Made by a program: the position numbers and the translations under genes. A stretch of DNA of 64,000 nt from Yuukianura sp. NJ FZ-2021 (Eukaryota): positions 1,426,001 to 1,490,000 of the forward strand of contig CM102284.1 of the NCBI GenBank assembly GCA_046563655.1, read 5' to 3'. Of this stretch, positions 63,144-64,000 are shown one piece after another (positions within the stretch are counted from its first letter, which is position 1; every line of letters starts with the position of its first letter). Below the pieces are notes generated by a model. The model made no database searches. It was not told the origin of the DNA and saw only the letters and a list, made by a program, of their open reading frames with translations.

Positions 63144-64000
63144 CCTGAAAGTGGTTAAAAATCGCTTGAAACTAGCTTTTAAAAACTGGAACTAAAAAAA
63201 AAATTTTTTTTTGTCGAAATTTAGAAAACCTAGCACACTTTCTTTGGATTGCATCGTACCGTTGCAAGGTTTTGTTGCACGTCAGAATGTAATTATGTAA
63301 TGGATTGGAACGGGTTTTATTCACAAAAAAAAATTTTTCAAACACTCAGAATGTTTCTGAAACTTCAAAAGCGGTCTTAAGCGATAACAAGGCTTTTTAC
63401 GACCTTTATACTCTTCTTATACAAAAGAAAGATAAAAATTGGAACCTAGCCTTACTAACGACAAAAGAATAAACATAATCTTTCTTAAACCAAACTGTTC
63501 AAACATCAAGAACTGAAAAAAATTGGACTTTGTTTGACACAGATACTCATTGTCATTACAAGAAATTTTATACAAGGCTATCTAAATTTAAAAAAAAAGT
63601 TTTTCTTTTTAAATTTCACAAAATAGAAAAACGAGATTTTTGATGTTCAACTTATTTGAATAATTTCAAAATATATCATTGTCATTTTTCCTCGTATTTT
63701 TTTTATAATTTTTTTCACAAATTGTTTAATTTAAGTTAGCTCACATAGTATGTCCAACTTGTGTGCCAAATCAAAAACTCCGTTTATATGTGCTGAGTAT
63801 TGCAAATATATAGCTGACGATGTTTCACAGAAATGTTATAGTTGGTATAACTGCTCTGTTATTATCGTGATGAAAAACGCGTGAACTTTTGACCTGAAAC
63901 TGCTAACCTAATCAGGGCAAAGTCAACACAAGCTTATAAAACTCCGTTTCAGTGACTTCCACAACTCTCAGTAGATATTCTCTAATGAGGTTCCAGAAAA

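Overview
Eukaryotic, AT-rich, gene-dense genomic DNA with short GT-AG introns. It is most consistent with an arthropod, and the gene-family mix suggests a basal hexapod such as a springtail (inference only). It is not prokaryotic, and I saw no CRISPR, rRNA or tRNA. Contents in order: 5' exon of a POC1-like WD40 gene; four three-exon multi-TM chemoreceptor-like genes; a catalytically degenerate carboxylesterase; glutaredoxin; CCT5 hosting three intronic box H/ACA snoRNAs; two tandem M14 carboxypeptidases with diverged S1' pockets; a TMEM272-like gene; a small 8-Cys secreted peptide; a pickpocket/DEG-ENaC channel; a cadherin-like receptor built by exon duplication; a nested segmental-duplication zone (unknown gene family x3, dynein light chain roadblock x3, ABHD13 pseudo-fragment); a 4CL/luciferase-like acyl-CoA synthetase; a Gly/His-rich secreted protein; ABHD13 with a highly structured intron; a BTB-less Kelch protein; and an intact, intron-containing single-module NRPS-like A-T-R enzyme. 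Several MITE/foldback elements have clear TIRs and TSDs. The most notable items are the A-T-R enzyme lacking the alpha-amino-binding Asp, the unexplained structured RNA in the ABHD13 intron, the snoRNA cluster, and a conserved but out-of-frame C-terminal tail in two paralogs of the unknown family. All exon boundaries were read by eye.
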